The notes below the pieces were generated by a model, which was given only the letters and a program-made list of their open reading frames with translations, made no database searches and was not told the DNA's origin. The translations under genes and the position numbers were made by a program. Below, in pieces: positions 17,898 to 28,846 of a DNA stretch of 64,000 nt. Origin of the DNA: an uncultured Caulobacterales bacterium. Its GTDB lineage: Bacteria; Pseudomonadota; Alphaproteobacteria; Caulobacterales; Parvularculaceae. The number at the start of each line of letters is the position of its first letter. The first letter of the stretch is position 1. Where the stretch lies: contig CAZOEB010000004.1 of the NCBI GenBank assembly GCA_964578685.1, positions 1,293 to 65,292 of the forward strand, given 5' to 3'.

Positions 17898-17991
17898 GCG
17901 CGCCATCACACACGCGGGGCATTTCCTCGGTGGGCGGTCTTGAATCCGCCTTTCGACGCGCCGCGGCGGACAAACCTTGAGGAGACTTTAA

Positions 17992-18771
17992 ATGGCGCTG
18001 CCAGAATTCAGCATGCGCCAGCTTTTGGAAGCTGGCGTTCACTTCGGTCACCAGACGCATCGCTGGGACCCGAAAATGAAGCCTTACATTTTCGGCGAGC
18101 GGAACGGCATTCATATCGTCGATCTGTCCCAGACGGTGCCGCTGCTTCACCAGGCGCTCGTCAAGATCCGCGACACCGTCGCACGCGGCGGCCGCATCCT
18201 GATGGTCGGCACCAAGCGCCAGGCGCAAGGACCGATCGCCGAACATGCGCGGCGGTGCGCGCAATACTACATGAACGTGCGCTGGCTCGGCGGCACGCTG
18301 ACGAATTGGGAAACCATTTCAAATTCCATCCGCAAGTTGAAGGAAATGGAAGAGTTGCTCGCCGGCGGCGGCAAGGGCCTGACGAAGAAAGAACAGCTCC
18401 AGCTTTCGCGCGAACGCGACAAGCTCGAAGCATCGCTCGGCGGCATCCGCGAGTTGGGCGGCCTTCCCGACCTTCTGTTCGTCATCGACGTGAAGAAGGA
18501 AGCGATCGCCGTCAAGGAAGCCAAGAAGCTCGGCATTCCGGTCGTCGCCGTCGTGGACACCAATTGTTCGCCGGACGACATCGACTTCGTCATCCCGGGG
18601 AATGACGACGCTAGCCGCGCGATCGCGCTTTACTGCAGCCTCGTCGCTGACGCCGTGATCGACGGCATCTCGGCGAGCCAGGTGTCGCTTGGCGTCGACA
18701 TCGGCGCGCTCGCAAATGCGCCAGCCGAGCCTGCCGTGGCGAGCGCAGCGGCCGCTGAAGCGACCGCCTGA
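17992..18771 (+). CDS. rpsB: 30S ribosomal protein S2
   Basis: 259 aa. [22 protein letters not shown] is the S2 signature. SD GAGGAG precedes the start. Confidence 0.95.
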   Translation: MALPEFSMRQLLEAGVHFGHQTHRWDPKMKPYIFGERNGIHIVDLSQTVPLLHQALVKIRDTVARGGRILMVGTKRQAQGPIAEHARRCAQYYMNVRWLGGTLTNWETISNSIRKLKEMEELLAGGGKGLTKKEQLQLSRERDKLEASLGGIRELGGLPDLLFVIDVKKEAIAVKEAKKLGIPVVAVVDTNCSPDDIDFVIPGNDDASRAIALYCSLVADAVIDGISASQVSLGVDIGALANAPAEPAVASAAAAEATA

Positions 18772-18889
18772 AATAATCGCCGGCGCCCCCCGGGCCCGCA
18801 GTTTGGAACTTCCTGCGGCGGAACGGCCATCCGGCCGATCGCTGCGTTTAGAACGCACACATCTGAATTTGACTGAAGGAGCAATGACA

Positions 18890-19783
18890 ATGGCGGCGAT
18901 CACTGCGCAAATGGTGAAGGACCTCCGCGAGGCGACCGGCGCAGGCATGATGGACTGCAAGGCTGCGCTGCAGGCGACGGACGGCGATATGGACGCAGCG
19001 GTCGACTGGCTTCGCAAGAAGGGTCTTGCAAAGGCGGCGAAAAAGGCCGGACGCGCCGCGGCCGAGGGCTTGGTCGTAGCGGCGACGAAGCCGGGCGTCG
19101 GCGTGCTGGTCGAGGTCAATTCCGAAACCGACTTCGTCGCGCGCAACGAAACCTTCCAGAAAATGGCGCGCGAAATCGCGTCGGTCGCTCTCGGCACCAA
19201 TGGCGACGTCGAAGCGATCAAGGCCGCGGCCTATCCGGGCGCCGGCATGTCGGTCGCCGACAAGGTGGCGGAAATGGTCGGCCAGATCGGGGAAAACATG
19301 AATGTCCGTCGGTCCGCCATGGTCAAGGCGGATGGCGGCGTCGTGGCCTTCTACATCCACAACCAAACGGTCGAAGCCGCCGGCAAGATCGGCGTGCTGG
19401 TGGGGCTGAAGTCGTCCGGCGACCCTGCGAAGGTCGGGGCGCTCGGGCGGCAGATCGCCATGCATGTCGCCGCGGCGCGCCCGCTCGCCGGGACCATCGC
19501 GGACCTCGATCCGGCGGTGGTCGCGCGGGAGAAGGCGGTGCTTTCCGAACAGGCGCGTGCGTCCGGCAAGCCGGAAGAGGTCATCGCGAAGATGGTCGAG
19601 GGCCGGCTGCGGAAGTTCTATGAAGAGTCCGTTCTCCTTGAGCAGGTCTTCGTCGTCGACGGCGAAACGAAGGTCGCCAAGGTCATCGAAAACGCCGCCA
19701 AGCAGATCGGTGCTCCGGTCGAGTTCACGGGCTTTGCCCGCCTCGAACTCGGCGACGGCGTCGAGAAGTCGGCGGAGGAATAA
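18890..19783 (+). CDS. tsf: elongation factor Ts
   Basis: [27 protein letters not shown] is the EF-Ts N-terminus. I chose the ATG at 18890, 8 nt after GGAG. The tracked ORF extends spuriously upstream to 18689. Confidence 0.9.
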   Translation: MAAITAQMVKDLREATGAGMMDCKAALQATDGDMDAAVDWLRKKGLAKAAKKAGRAAAEGLVVAATKPGVGVLVEVNSETDFVARNETFQKMAREIASVALGTNGDVEAIKAAAYPGAGMSVADKVAEMVGQIGENMNVRRSAMVKADGGVVAFYIHNQTVEAAGKIGVLVGLKSSGDPAKVGALGRQIAMHVAAARPLAGTIADLDPAVVAREKAVLSEQARASGKPEEVIAKMVEGRLRKFYEESVLLEQVFVVDGETKVAKVIENAAKQIGAPVEFTGFARLELGDGVEKSAEE

Positions 19784-19857
19784 CGGCGAGGTCAGATCGG
19801 CGTCCCCGCCGGCGACTTCCATCAGCTCGGCGAGGCCGGTTAAGCCCTTCCAATGGC

Positions 19858-19885
19858 TTGCAAATCGGCCTTCCCTTTCTATGGT
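19858..19885 (+). promoter_or_regulatory. possible promoter of pyrH-frr
   Basis: TTGCAA, a 16-nt spacer, then TATGGT, about 27 nt upstream of the pyrH ATG. Confidence 0.25.
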
Positions 19886-19911
19886 GCGGCCGGCGGTGAC
19901 GGAGACAATCG

Positions 19912-20634
19912 ATGACGCGAGACCTCAGATACAAGCGCGTCCTTCTGAAAATCTCCGGCGAAGCGCTGATGGGACCGAGACAATTCGGCATCGATTACGA
20001 CACCGTCGAAAGAATCGCAGAGGAAGTGAAGGACGCTCAGGCGCTCGGCGCCGAGATGTGCCTTGTCGTCGGCGGCGGAAACATTTTCCGCGGCATGTCT
20101 CAGGCCGCCCAAGGCATGGAACGCGCAAGCGCCGACTACATGGGCATGCTGGCGACGGTCATGAACGCGTTGGCGCTGCAAAACGCGCTTGAGAAGATCG
20201 GCCTCTATACGCGCGTCGTCTCGGCCATCGAAATGACGGCGATCTGCGAACCCTACATTCGCCGCCGGGCGATGCGCCACATGGAGAAAGGCCGGATCGT
20301 CATCTTCGCCGCCGGCACAGGCAATCCGTTCTTCACGACCGATACGGCGGCGGCGCTTCGAGCGGCCGAAATGGGATGCGACGCGCTTTTCAAGGGGACG
20401 AGCGTCGACGGCGTCTACACGGCTGATCCGAAGAAAGATAAGTCGGCGACGCGCTTTGAAACGCTTTCCTATCACGAGGTGATGGTGCGCGATCTCAAGG
20501 TGATGGACCAGGCGGCGATTGCGTTGACGCGAGAGAACCATATCCCGATCGTCGTTTTCTCGATCGCTGAACGTGGCGGCGTCGTCGGCGCCCTGACTGG
20601 CGCAGGGCGATTTACGACAATCGTGGACGCTTGA
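19912..20634 (+). CDS. pyrH: UMP kinase
   Basis: 240 aa with [13 protein letters not shown] and [10 protein letters not shown]. Confidence 0.95.
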   Translation: MTRDLRYKRVLLKISGEALMGPRQFGIDYDTVERIAEEVKDAQALGAEMCLVVGGGNIFRGMSQAAQGMERASADYMGMLATVMNALALQNALEKIGLYTRVVSAIEMTAICEPYIRRRAMRHMEKGRIVIFAAGTGNPFFTTDTAAALRAAEMGCDALFKGTSVDGVYTADPKKDKSATRFETLSYHEVMVRDLKVMDQAAIALTRENHIPIVVFSIAERGGVVGALTGAGRFTTIVDA

Positions 20635-20703
20635 GCGATCGCGCCGGAAAAGAACGAAAGATCGCCTCAATCCGGCGACGATCTGCGACTAGAGGAGAGG
20701 AAG

Positions 20704-21258
20704 ATGGCTGCTGGCGGCGCAAATATGAAAGACCTCGAAAAACGCATGGAAGGCGCTTTGGCGGCGCTGAAGGGCGAATTTTCCGGCCTTCGATCGGGCA
20801 GGGCGTCGGCGAGCCTATTGGAACCGATCATGGTCGACGCCTATGGCGCGATGATGCCGCTCAATCAGGTCGGCTCGATCAACGTTCCAGAGCCCCGAAT
20901 GATCTCGGTGTCCGTCTGGGACAAGGCGCTGGTCAGCGCTGTCGATCGCGCCATCCGCGACGCCGGCATCGGCCTTAACCCGGTCGTTGACGGAACGAAC
21001 GTGCGCGTGCCGATTCCGCCGCTGACCGAAGAGCGGCGCAAGGAACTGACGAAAGTGGCGCACAAATACGCAGAACAAGCGAAGGTCGCGATCCGCAATG
21101 TCCGCCGCGAAGGCATGGAAGCGATCAAGAAAGCCGAAGGCGTCGGCGAAGACGACCAGAAACGCCAGTCCGATCAGGTGCAGAGGCTGACCGACCTGAT
21201 GATCAAGAAGGTCGATGAGGCGCTCTCCGCGAAAGAAGCGGAAATCATGCAGGTCTGA
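20704..21258 (+). CDS. frr: ribosome recycling factor
   Basis: 184 aa with [26 protein letters not shown] and [12 protein letters not shown]. An alternative ATG lies 7 codons downstream. Confidence 0.95.
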   Translation: MAAGGANMKDLEKRMEGALAALKGEFSGLRSGRASASLLEPIMVDAYGAMMPLNQVGSINVPEPRMISVSVWDKALVSAVDRAIRDAGIGLNPVVDGTNVRVPIPPLTEERRKELTKVAHKYAEQAKVAIRNVRREGMEAIKKAEGVGEDDQKRQSDQVQRLTDLMIKKVDEALSAKEAEIMQV

Positions 21259-21284
21259 GACCTGTCGAATTAAGGCCCATCCCC

Positions 21285-22040
21285 GTGGCGACACCGCTCC
21301 CAACCGAGGCCAAGCCCGCAGCGCCGGCGGGCGCGCGCGTCGCCCACGTCGCGATCATCATGGACGGAAACGGCCGCTGGGCGGCGGCGCGCGGCTTGCC
21401 GAGAAGCGCCGGGCACAAGGAAGGCGCCGCAGCGGCGCGGCGCGCGGTGGAGGCGGCGCGCGATCTTGGGCTCTCCTATCTCACGCTCTACAGCTTCTCG
21501 ACCGAGAACTGGCGCAGGCCGGCGACCGAGATCCGCGATCTGATGGGCCTTTTGCGCCAATTCATCGGCGACGAACTGCCGACGCTGAAAAAGGAAGGCG
21601 TCAAAATTACGATCATAGGCGACAAGAAGAATCTCGACGCCGAGATCAAGCTGCTGGTCGGCCGCGCCGAAGCGGAGACGGCGAGAAACAACCGGTTCTT
21701 CCTGCAGATCGCCTTCAACTACGGCGGCCGGGACGAAATCGTGCGCGCCGCGAGAAGACTGGCGGCCGACGCCGTTGCGGGCAGGCTCAAGCCGGAGGCG
21801 ATCAACGAGCATCTATTCTCGAACACGCTCGACACGGCGGAATTCCCCGATCCTGATTTCGTCATCCGGACCAGCGGCGAAAAACGCATCAGCAACTTCC
21901 TGCTGTGGCAGGCCGCTTATTCAGAATATGTGTTTCTCGACATTCACTGGCCGGAGTTCGATGCGGCGCATTTCGCCGTCGCCGTCGCCGAGTTTCAAGC
22001 GCGCGAACGCCGCTTCGGCGGACTGTCAACTTCTTCCTGA
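21285..22040 (+). CDS. uppS: undecaprenyl diphosphate synthase
   Basis: 251 aa, GTG start. Contains [27 protein letters not shown] and [15 protein letters not shown]. Confidence 0.95.
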   Translation: MATPLPTEAKPAAPAGARVAHVAIIMDGNGRWAAARGLPRSAGHKEGAAAARRAVEAARDLGLSYLTLYSFSTENWRRPATEIRDLMGLLRQFIGDELPTLKKEGVKITIIGDKKNLDAEIKLLVGRAEAETARNNRFFLQIAFNYGGRDEIVRAARRLAADAVAGRLKPEAINEHLFSNTLDTAEFPDPDFVIRTSGEKRISNFLLWQAAYSEYVFLDIHWPEFDAAHFAVAVAEFQARERRFGGLSTSS

Positions 22041-22046
22041 CCAGGA

Positions 22047-22886
22047 ATGGCGGACGTTCAAACAGAAAATGGGTTGAAGACTGAGTCGCCGCGCGGGCGC
22101 GATGCGCTGATGTTGCGGATCGCCTCCGCCGCTGTTCTCGCGCCGCTCACGCTTCTGGCGTCATGGGCCGGAGGACCCGTCTTCGCGGCTCTCGTCGCGT
22201 TCTTGTGCGTTCTCATGTCATTCGAATGGGCGCGTATGGTCGAAGGGACCGAGACCTCCGCCGTGTTCTATGCGCTCGGCGCCGCGAGCGCGGCGGCGCT
22301 TACGCTTGCCGCCGCCGGTTATTATCAATTCGCCTTTCTGGCCGCGGCCGCCGGCGCCGCCGGATCGTATTTCGGCGCTGCAAAGCATCGCGGCTGGGCG
22401 GCGTTCGGCGCCGCTTTCTTTCTGGGACCGGCGATCGCGCTTCTGTGGCTGCGCGAAGAACATGAACTCGGCGGCGGATTGACGCTTCTCCTTTTCGCCA
22501 TTGTCTGGGCCGCCGACACCGGCGGTTATACGGGCGGGCGCCTCGTCGGCGGCCCGAAGCTTAGTCCGGCGATTTCTCCGGCGAAGACATGGGCGGGCGC
22601 CGCGGGCGGGCTGATTTTTGGGGCGATCGCAGCGCTGGTCCTTGCGCCTGCGCTTCTTGGCTGGGACGAAGCGGGGTTGGCTCTCGCGGTGGGCGGCGGC
22701 CTTGGGCTGGCCTCAATCGTCGGCGACATGGCGGAATCGGCGATCAAGAGGCGTTTCGGGATCAAGGATATGTCCGGGTTCATCCCGGGCCACGGCGGAG
22801 TGCTCGACCGCCTTGACGGGATGATTTTCGCCACTTCGGCGATGACGGCGGCGCTTTATGCGCTTAGGATTCTTTCGGGGTCGTAG
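22047..22886 (+). CDS. cdsA: phosphatidate cytidylyltransferase
   Basis: 279 aa, multi-pass membrane protein. C-terminal SAIKRRFGIKDMSGFIPGHGGVLDRLD is the CDS signature. Confidence 0.9.
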   Translation: MADVQTENGLKTESPRGRDALMLRIASAAVLAPLTLLASWAGGPVFAALVAFLCVLMSFEWARMVEGTETSAVFYALGAASAAALTLAAAGYYQFAFLAAAAGAAGSYFGAAKHRGWAAFGAAFFLGPAIALLWLREEHELGGGLTLLLFAIVWAADTGGYTGGRLVGGPKLSPAISPAKTWAGAAGGLIFGAIAALVLAPALLGWDEAGLALAVGGGLGLASIVGDMAESAIKRRFGIKDMSGFIPGHGGVLDRLDGMIFATSAMTAALYALRILSGS

Positions 22887-22888
22887 CG

Positions 22889-24124
22889 TTGGGGCAGGGG
22901 CAGGGCGTGGCAGGCAAAGAAGAACGCCGAAAGATCATTCGTCGCCGGGCGACCGTGTTGGGTTCGACGGGCTCGGTGGGCGTCAACACACTTGATGTGA
23001 TCGACTTCGCGATGCGGCGTGGCGACGCCGAGGTCGAATTCGAAGCTCTTACCGCCAACAGCAATGTCGCCTTGCTGGCGGAGCAGGCGCGGAAATACCG
23101 GCCGCGTTTTGTCGCGATCGCCGACCAAAAACTGAAGGGCGAGCTTGAAGACGCGCTGCGCGGCGAAGGGATCGAAGTCGGCGCAGGACCGGCTGCCATC
23201 GAGGAAGCCGGCGCCCGTGATGCCGACTGGGTGATGGCGGCGATCGTCGGCGCCGCCGGGTTGAAGCCGACTCTCAACGCCGCGCGCCGCGGCGCCGCGA
23301 TTGCGCTCGCCAACAAGGAGTGTCTCGTTTGCGCGGGCGACGTATTGATGGACGCCGTACGCGACTCCGGCGGCGCGCTGTTGCCGGTCGACTCCGAACA
23401 CAATGCGATTTTTCAGGTCTTCGACTTTGAGCGCCCTCATCGGGTGGCGAGACTCATTCTGACGGCTTCCGGCGGACCCTTCCGGACGTGGTCGCGCGCC
23501 GAGATGACCGCGGTCACGCCGGCGCAGGCGATCGCGCATCCCAACTGGTCGATGGGCGCGAAGATTTCCGTCGATTCCGCGACGATGATGAACAAGGGGC
23601 TGGAGCTGATCGAGGCCTCGCACATCTTTCCGATTCCGGCGGAGAAAATTGACATCCTCGTTCATCCTCAGTCGGTCATTCATTCGATGGTCGAATATGT
23701 CGATGCGTCGGTGCTCGCCCAGCTCGGGACGCCGGACATGCGAACGCCGATCGCGTCGACCTTCGCCTGGCCCGATCGCAGCCCCAGCCCGTCGGCGCGC
23801 CTGGATTTCACCGCCTTGAAACATCTGACCTTTGAGGAGCCGGATCCGGAACGGTTTCCGGCCTTGCGCCTTGCGCGCGAAGCCGTGGAACGCGGCGGCG
23901 TGACGCCGGCCGTGCTGAACGCCGCCAATGAAGCGGCCGTCGCAGCTTTTCTTTCGGGTCGTCTCAAATTTCTGGACATCGCCGGCGTGACCGAGCACGT
24001 TCTGAACGAAGTCGGCCGGCAAAATGGACCGTTCAGGCTTTCGAGCCTTGAGGAAGCGATGGCCGCCGATAACGAAGCGCGCAGGTTGGCTGAGCGGACG
24101 ATTTTGGCGCGCGCAGCCGCCTAG
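22889..24124 (+). CDS. dxr: 1-deoxy-D-xylulose 5-phosphate reductoisomerase
   Basis: Contains VLGSTGSVG, LANKECLV, LPVDSEHNAIFQ and NWSMG.KISVDSATMMNKGLE. The tracked start is a TTG at 22889; an in-frame GTG at 22907 is equally plausible. Confidence 0.9.
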   Translation: MGQGQGVAGKEERRKIIRRRATVLGSTGSVGVNTLDVIDFAMRRGDAEVEFEALTANSNVALLAEQARKYRPRFVAIADQKLKGELEDALRGEGIEVGAGPAAIEEAGARDADWVMAAIVGAAGLKPTLNAARRGAAIALANKECLVCAGDVLMDAVRDSGGALLPVDSEHNAIFQVFDFERPHRVARLILTASGGPFRTWSRAEMTAVTPAQAIAHPNWSMGAKISVDSATMMNKGLELIEASHIFPIPAEKIDILVHPQSVIHSMVEYVDASVLAQLGTPDMRTPIASTFAWPDRSPSPSARLDFTALKHLTFEEPDPERFPALRLAREAVERGGVTPAVLNAANEAAVAAFLSGRLKFLDIAGVTEHVLNEVGRQNGPFRLSSLEEAMAADNEARRLAERTILARAAA

Positions 24125-24159
24125 ATTTCCGGAGCGATCGTGACGAAGAGACGCTGTTC

Positions 24160-25428
24160 ATGAACTGGGCTTTGTTCGCGCCGGAAAATCTTGTTCTGCT
24201 TCCGGTTTTCGTCATTTCCTTCATCCTGCTTCTCAGCCTGATCGTGTTCGTGCACGAGTTCGGACACTTTGCGGCGGCGCGCATGCTGGGGGTCAGGGTC
24301 GATGTGTTTTCGATCGGGATGGGCAAGGTGCTGGCGCGCTGGACAGATCGGCACGGCACCGAATGGCGCCTATCGCTCCTGCCGATCGGCGGATACGTGA
24401 AATTTTTTGGCGACGCGGGGCCCGCGTCGAATCCGAACGAGGACGTCACCGCCGAGCAGGATGGTCCAGCGACCACTCAGTTTCCGAAGCCCGGCAGCGA
24501 AAAGGACATCGCGCGCCGCCTGACGCCTGAAGAGAAGAAAGTCTGCTTCCACTTCAAACCTCTCTGGGCGCGGGCGCTGATCGTCGCCGCCGGGCCGATC
24601 TCGAATTTCGTGCTCGCGATCGCGATCTTCTGGGGCCTGATCATGGCTTACGGCGAGGTCGTCGTTGAGCCCCGCATCGGTGCGGTCTCGCCGGACTCGG
24701 CTGCCGAGGAGGCCGGCTTCCTGCCCGGCGATGTCATCGTCGCCGCCGATGGACGGCGGATTTCGTCCTTTGACGATCTGATGGTCGTCACCCGCCTCGG
24801 GTCCGGCGAAGAGATCGCCTTCACGGTCGAGCGCGGCGGGGAGACGATTGTCATTCTGGCGACGCCGCGACGGCAGGTCGTCGAGGATGTTTTCGGCAAT
24901 AAGTCTCGCGGCGGACTCTTGGGGCTGACCCCTGAAACGGACGCGTACAAGGTCGTGAAACGGTCGCCGCTCGAAGCGCTCGGCGTGGCGGCGGAACGCT
25001 GCTGGGGCGTCATCGCCTCGACAACGAAATTCCTGGGCCGTCTGATCGCCGGCAAGGAGGACGCGGAAAACCTCGGCGGGCCTTTGAAGATGGCCCAGTA
25101 CGCCGGCCAAGCCATGACTTCCGGATTCAACGAGGACGCTAAGACGCTGGAATCGCGCAGCCTTTTGGAGAAACTCCGTGTCAGCCTCGCGACCTTCATC
25201 AACCTCGCGGCGTTCGTGTCCGTGTCGATCGGGTTTCTCAATTTGTTTCCGATTCCCGTTCTGGACGGCGGTCATCTGATGTACTACGCCTACGAAGCCG
25301 CTGCCGGGAAACCCTTGGGGGCCAGGGCCCAGGCGATTGGCTTTCGGGTGGGACTCTTACTACTGGGATCGTTCATGTTGTTCGTGACGTGGAACGACAT
25401 CACCAGTTTCTTCGCGATAAAGAGCTAA
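24160..25428 (+). CDS. rseP: RIP site-2 zinc metalloprotease
   Basis: 422 aa with HEFGH in the first TM region, a central PDZ-like segment, and NLFPIPVLDGGH near the C-terminus. Confidence 0.9.
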   Translation: MNWALFAPENLVLLPVFVISFILLLSLIVFVHEFGHFAAARMLGVRVDVFSIGMGKVLARWTDRHGTEWRLSLLPIGGYVKFFGDAGPASNPNEDVTAEQDGPATTQFPKPGSEKDIARRLTPEEKKVCFHFKPLWARALIVAAGPISNFVLAIAIFWGLIMAYGEVVVEPRIGAVSPDSAAEEAGFLPGDVIVAADGRRISSFDDLMVVTRLGSGEEIAFTVERGGETIVILATPRRQVVEDVFGNKSRGGLLGLTPETDAYKVVKRSPLEALGVAAERCWGVIASTTKFLGRLIAGKEDAENLGGPLKMAQYAGQAMTSGFNEDAKTLESRSLLEKLRVSLATFINLAAFVSVSIGFLNLFPIPVLDGGHLMYYAYEAAAGKPLGARAQAIGFRVGLLLLGSFMLFVTWNDITSFFAIKS

Positions 25429-25438
25429 GGTCGGCGGC

Positions 25439-28132
25439 ATGCGTATCATACGGTCGGGGGTAGGCGCCGCAGGCGCAATCCTGTTGTCGCTTGTCGCCCT
25501 GAACGCTGCGGCGCAGCCGGCGACCGATGCTCCGCCCCCGCCGGCCGGCGATCAGCTCCAGATCGCTCCAGGCGCGCCAGCCCCGATCATTCAGGCGATC
25601 CGAGTCTCGGGCAATCAGCGCATCGAGCCGGAAACGATCGCTTCCTATCTCGTTGTGAACGCCGGCGACCGCGCCGATCCGCAACTTCTGGATGTCGGCC
25701 TCAAGACGCTGTTCAACACCGGGCTGTTCGCCGACGTCTCGCTTGAAATGCAGCCGGACAACACGCTGCTCATCACCGTGCAGGAAAACCCGATCGTCAA
25801 CCGGGTCATCTTGGAGGGTAACCGGCGGGTCAAGGCGGACAAGATCAACGAAGAAGTGAAACTCGCCGCGCGCGCCGTGTTCACGCGCGCCAAGGCGCAA
25901 GCCGACGTCCAGCGCATCATCGAAGTTTATCGCCGCGGCGGGCGGTTCGCAGCGACGGTGACGCCGAAGATCGTGCCGCTCGAACAGAATCGCGTCGATG
26001 TCATCTACGAGATCGACGAAGGTCCGAAAACCGGCGTCGCCAAGATCAATTTTGTCGGCAACAAGAACTTCTCAAGCGGCGAACTTCGAGGCGCCTTGTT
26101 GACAAAGGAAAGCCGCTGGTGGCGGTTTTTCTCATCCAACAGCAATTACGATCCGGACCGCCTCGAATATGAGCGCGATCTCTTGCGCCAGTTTTACGCC
26201 AAGAACGGCTACGCCGATTTCCAGGTCATTTCCGCCGTCGCCGAATTGACGCCGGATCGGAAGGACTTCTTCATAACCTTCACCGTCGAGGAGGGAGAGA
26301 AATATACGATCGGCGAAGTGAAGGTTAAGACGAGCCTCGCCAAGCTCGACGAGAACGCGCTTGAGAACTTCGTGCCGATCAAGCCAGGCGAAACGTACAA
26401 CGGCGAGCGCATCGAGAAAGCGACGGAGTCGATCACTTTCGCGACCGGCGCCAGCGGCTACGCTTTCGTCGACGTTCAGCCGCGGCTCGAGCGTAATCCT
26501 GAAACGCGCACCATCGACGTCACCTTTCAGGTCAACGAGGGCCCGCGCGTCTATGTCGAACGCATCAATATCAAGGGCAACACGCGCACGCTTGACAAGG
26601 TCATCCGCCGCGAAATCCGCGTCGCCGAAGGCGATCCCTACAACAAGGTTCTGATCGACCGGTCTAAATCCCGAGTGCGGGCGCTCGATTATTTCACCGA
26701 GGTCGAGATCGAAGAACGCCCGGGATCGGCGCCTGACCGGACCGAGCTCGACGTCTCCGTTGAGGAGAAGGCGACCGGTTCGTTCTCGGTCGGCGTCGGC
26801 GTGTCGTCGACGGAAAATTTCATCATCGACTTTTCGATCGAAGAACGGAACCTGATGGGCCGCGGACAATTCCTGCGGTTCCGGGTGCAGAGTTCGTCGC
26901 GGACAAGACTGGTCGATCTGCGCTTCACGCAGCCCTATTTTCTTGATCGCAACCTCGCGGCGGGGGTCTCGCTGACAAACCAGCGAACCAATTTCCGGGA
27001 ATCGGGCTTCATCCGCGACCGCTATGGCTTCGGCCTCAGCGCCGGCTTCCAGATATCGGAATTCTGGCGCGGCAATCTTCAATATCAGCTGGCGCGAGAC
27101 AAAGTGAGTTTCGATCGCGACAATTTCGCCTTCCAGACGGGCGGGCAGGTGCCTGACGGCGCCGATATCTCAAACCTCTTCATTCCGGGCGCCGCCGTGC
27201 CGACGCTGATGCCGCTCTTCACGGGAGTGAACAACGGCTTGCCTTTTGTTACGACGGACCCCAATGCGCCGGGCGTGACGGGCCGGTTCCTTGATCCCGT
27301 GACGATGGTTCCGCAAAGCCAGTACGTCGCGTTCACTTGCGATTTGCTCGTTCAGGCGTTTTCGCCGACCTGCGAGTCGCAGGGCACCTTTGTGTCGTCG
27401 ATCTTCGGCTACTCGATCGGCATGGACAGCCGCGACGATCCTATCGATCCGACTCGCGGGCTTCGCCTCAACCTCGGCCAGTCGGTCGCCGGCCTCGGCG
27501 GGGACGTGAAATACCTCCGTACGGAGGCGTCTGGAGCCATCTACCGGCCGTTGTTTGCGGGCTTCGTCGGCAAGCTCCAGATGCGAGCCGGTTACGTCGA
27601 TGGCTTCGGCGGCGACCCTGTCCGACTTCAGGACCGCTTTTACGAAGGCGCCGACAGTTTCCGCGGCTTCGAAGTCGCTGGCGTCGGCCCAAGGTACTTC
27701 CAGCCGGGCACGCAATTCGCCGGCAACAACACTTTTGGCCAGTCGATCGGCTCCAAGATCTATGCGATTGGGACGGTCGAGGTGAAGCTGCCGCTGCCGC
27801 TCCCGAAGCAATATGGCATCCGGGCCTCGCTGTTTTCGGACTTCGGCACCGTCGGTCTCGTCGACGACAGCAGCAAATTCCTGAACACGATCGCCTTTGA
27901 TGACACCAATATGGACGGCATACCGGACTTCGCCGTCGATATCGACCCGACCAACGGCCAGCTGTTCGTTGAACCGGTGCAGGACGACCTCTCGATCAGG
28001 ATTTCTGCGGGGGCCTCGGTGAGCTGGGACTCGCCCTTCGGTCCTGTCCGCTTTGATTTCGCCAAAGTTTTGCGCAAAGAGTTTTATGATCGGACCGAGG
28101 GCTTCCGGTTCAGCGCGGGCACGTCCTTCTGA
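25439..28132 (+). CDS. bamA: outer-membrane protein assembly factor BamA
   Basis: 897 aa with a signal peptide, five POTRA-like repeats (e.g. IRVSGNQRIEPETI) and a barrel carrying the SFRGFE (RGF) motif. It ends ...RFSAGTSF. It lies in the conserved rseP-bamA-skp-lpxD context. Confidence 0.95.
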   Translation: MRIIRSGVGAAGAILLSLVALNAAAQPATDAPPPPAGDQLQIAPGAPAPIIQAIRVSGNQRIEPETIASYLVVNAGDRADPQLLDVGLKTLFNTGLFADVSLEMQPDNTLLITVQENPIVNRVILEGNRRVKADKINEEVKLAARAVFTRAKAQADVQRIIEVYRRGGRFAATVTPKIVPLEQNRVDVIYEIDEGPKTGVAKINFVGNKNFSSGELRGALLTKESRWWRFFSSNSNYDPDRLEYERDLLRQFYAKNGYADFQVISAVAELTPDRKDFFITFTVEEGEKYTIGEVKVKTSLAKLDENALENFVPIKPGETYNGERIEKATESITFATGASGYAFVDVQPRLERNPETRTIDVTFQVNEGPRVYVERINIKGNTRTLDKVIRREIRVAEGDPYNKVLIDRSKSRVRALDYFTEVEIEERPGSAPDRTELDVSVEEKATGSFSVGVGVSSTENFIIDFSIEERNLMGRGQFLRFRVQSSSRTRLVDLRFTQPYFLDRNLAAGVSLTNQRTNFRESGFIRDRYGFGLSAGFQISEFWRGNLQYQLARDKVSFDRDNFAFQTGGQVPDGADISNLFIPGAAVPTLMPLFTGVNNGLPFVTTDPNAPGVTGRFLDPVTMVPQSQYVAFTCDLLVQAFSPTCESQGTFVSSIFGYSIGMDSRDDPIDPTRGLRLNLGQSVAGLGGDVKYLRTEASGAIYRPLFAGFVGKLQMRAGYVDGFGGDPVRLQDRFYEGADSFRGFEVAGVGPRYFQPGTQFAGNNTFGQSIGSKIYAIGTVEVKLPLPLPKQYGIRASLFSDFGTVGLVDDSSKFLNTIAFDDTNMDGIPDFAVDIDPTNGQLFVEPVQDDLSIRISAGASVSWDSPFGPVRFDFAKVLRKEFYDRTEGFRFSAGTSF

Positions 28133-28158
28133 CCCGTCTTCCACAAGCAAAGCATGAC

Positions 28159-28824
28159 ATGAGTGAGGTAGAGACTATGAAATCGAAACTGTTGGGGCTT
28201 GCCGGGGCCGCGGTCCTTCTGGCGGCGGGCGCCGGCGCCGGCGCGTTGATATCAGGCGCGGAGGCGCAATCGGCGGCCAAGCCGCCGGTCATCCTGGTCG
28301 TGAATACCGAAATGCTGATCGCCCAGTCGGAAGCCGGCAAGACCATTCCGACGCAGGCGAACACGATCAAATCTGCGATCGAGAAGGAGCTCCAGGCCGA
28401 GGCCGACAAGCTCAAGAAGGACATTGAAAACTATCAGAAGGGCGCGTCCCTGATGTCCGAAGAAGTGCGGAAGAAGACCGAGCAGGACCTCGCCGTCCGC
28501 CAGCAGGTCTCGCTGCCGCAGCAAGCCCAGATCATGGAGCAGGTCTTCGCCGGCGCGGTACAGAACGCGCAGAACAAGATCCTGCAGGAATCGCAGCCGA
28601 TCATGAAGGCGATCCTCGACAAGCGCGGCGGCACCATTCTCCTCGACCGGCAGGCGGTCATGTACGCGGCCCCGGAGACCGACATCACGCAGGAAGTGAT
28701 GGCGGAGCTGAACAAGAAGATTAAGACGGCCCCGGTTCAAAAGGTGACTCTCGCCGACGTCAAGAAAAAGCTTCAGGAAGTCCAGGCCGCGCAAACCAAG
28801 CCGGCCGAAAAGCCGAAGAAATAA
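28159..28824 (+). CDS. skp: OmpH/Skp-family periplasmic chaperone
   Basis: Has a signal peptide (KLLGLAGAAVLLAAGAGAGA) followed by a Lys/Glu/Gln-rich coiled region, and sits between bamA and lpxD. The ATG at 28177 (MKSKLL...) is the more likely start. Confidence 0.75.
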   Translation: MSEVETMKSKLLGLAGAAVLLAAGAGAGALISGAEAQSAAKPPVILVVNTEMLIAQSEAGKTIPTQANTIKSAIEKELQAEADKLKKDIENYQKGASLMSEEVRKKTEQDLAVRQQVSLPQQAQIMEQVFAGAVQNAQNKILQESQPIMKAILDKRGGTILLDRQAVMYAAPETDITQEVMAELNKKIKTAPVQKVTLADVKKKLQEVQAAQTKPAEKPKK

Positions 28825-28846
28825 GACGGTCCGGTCAACCTAGATG

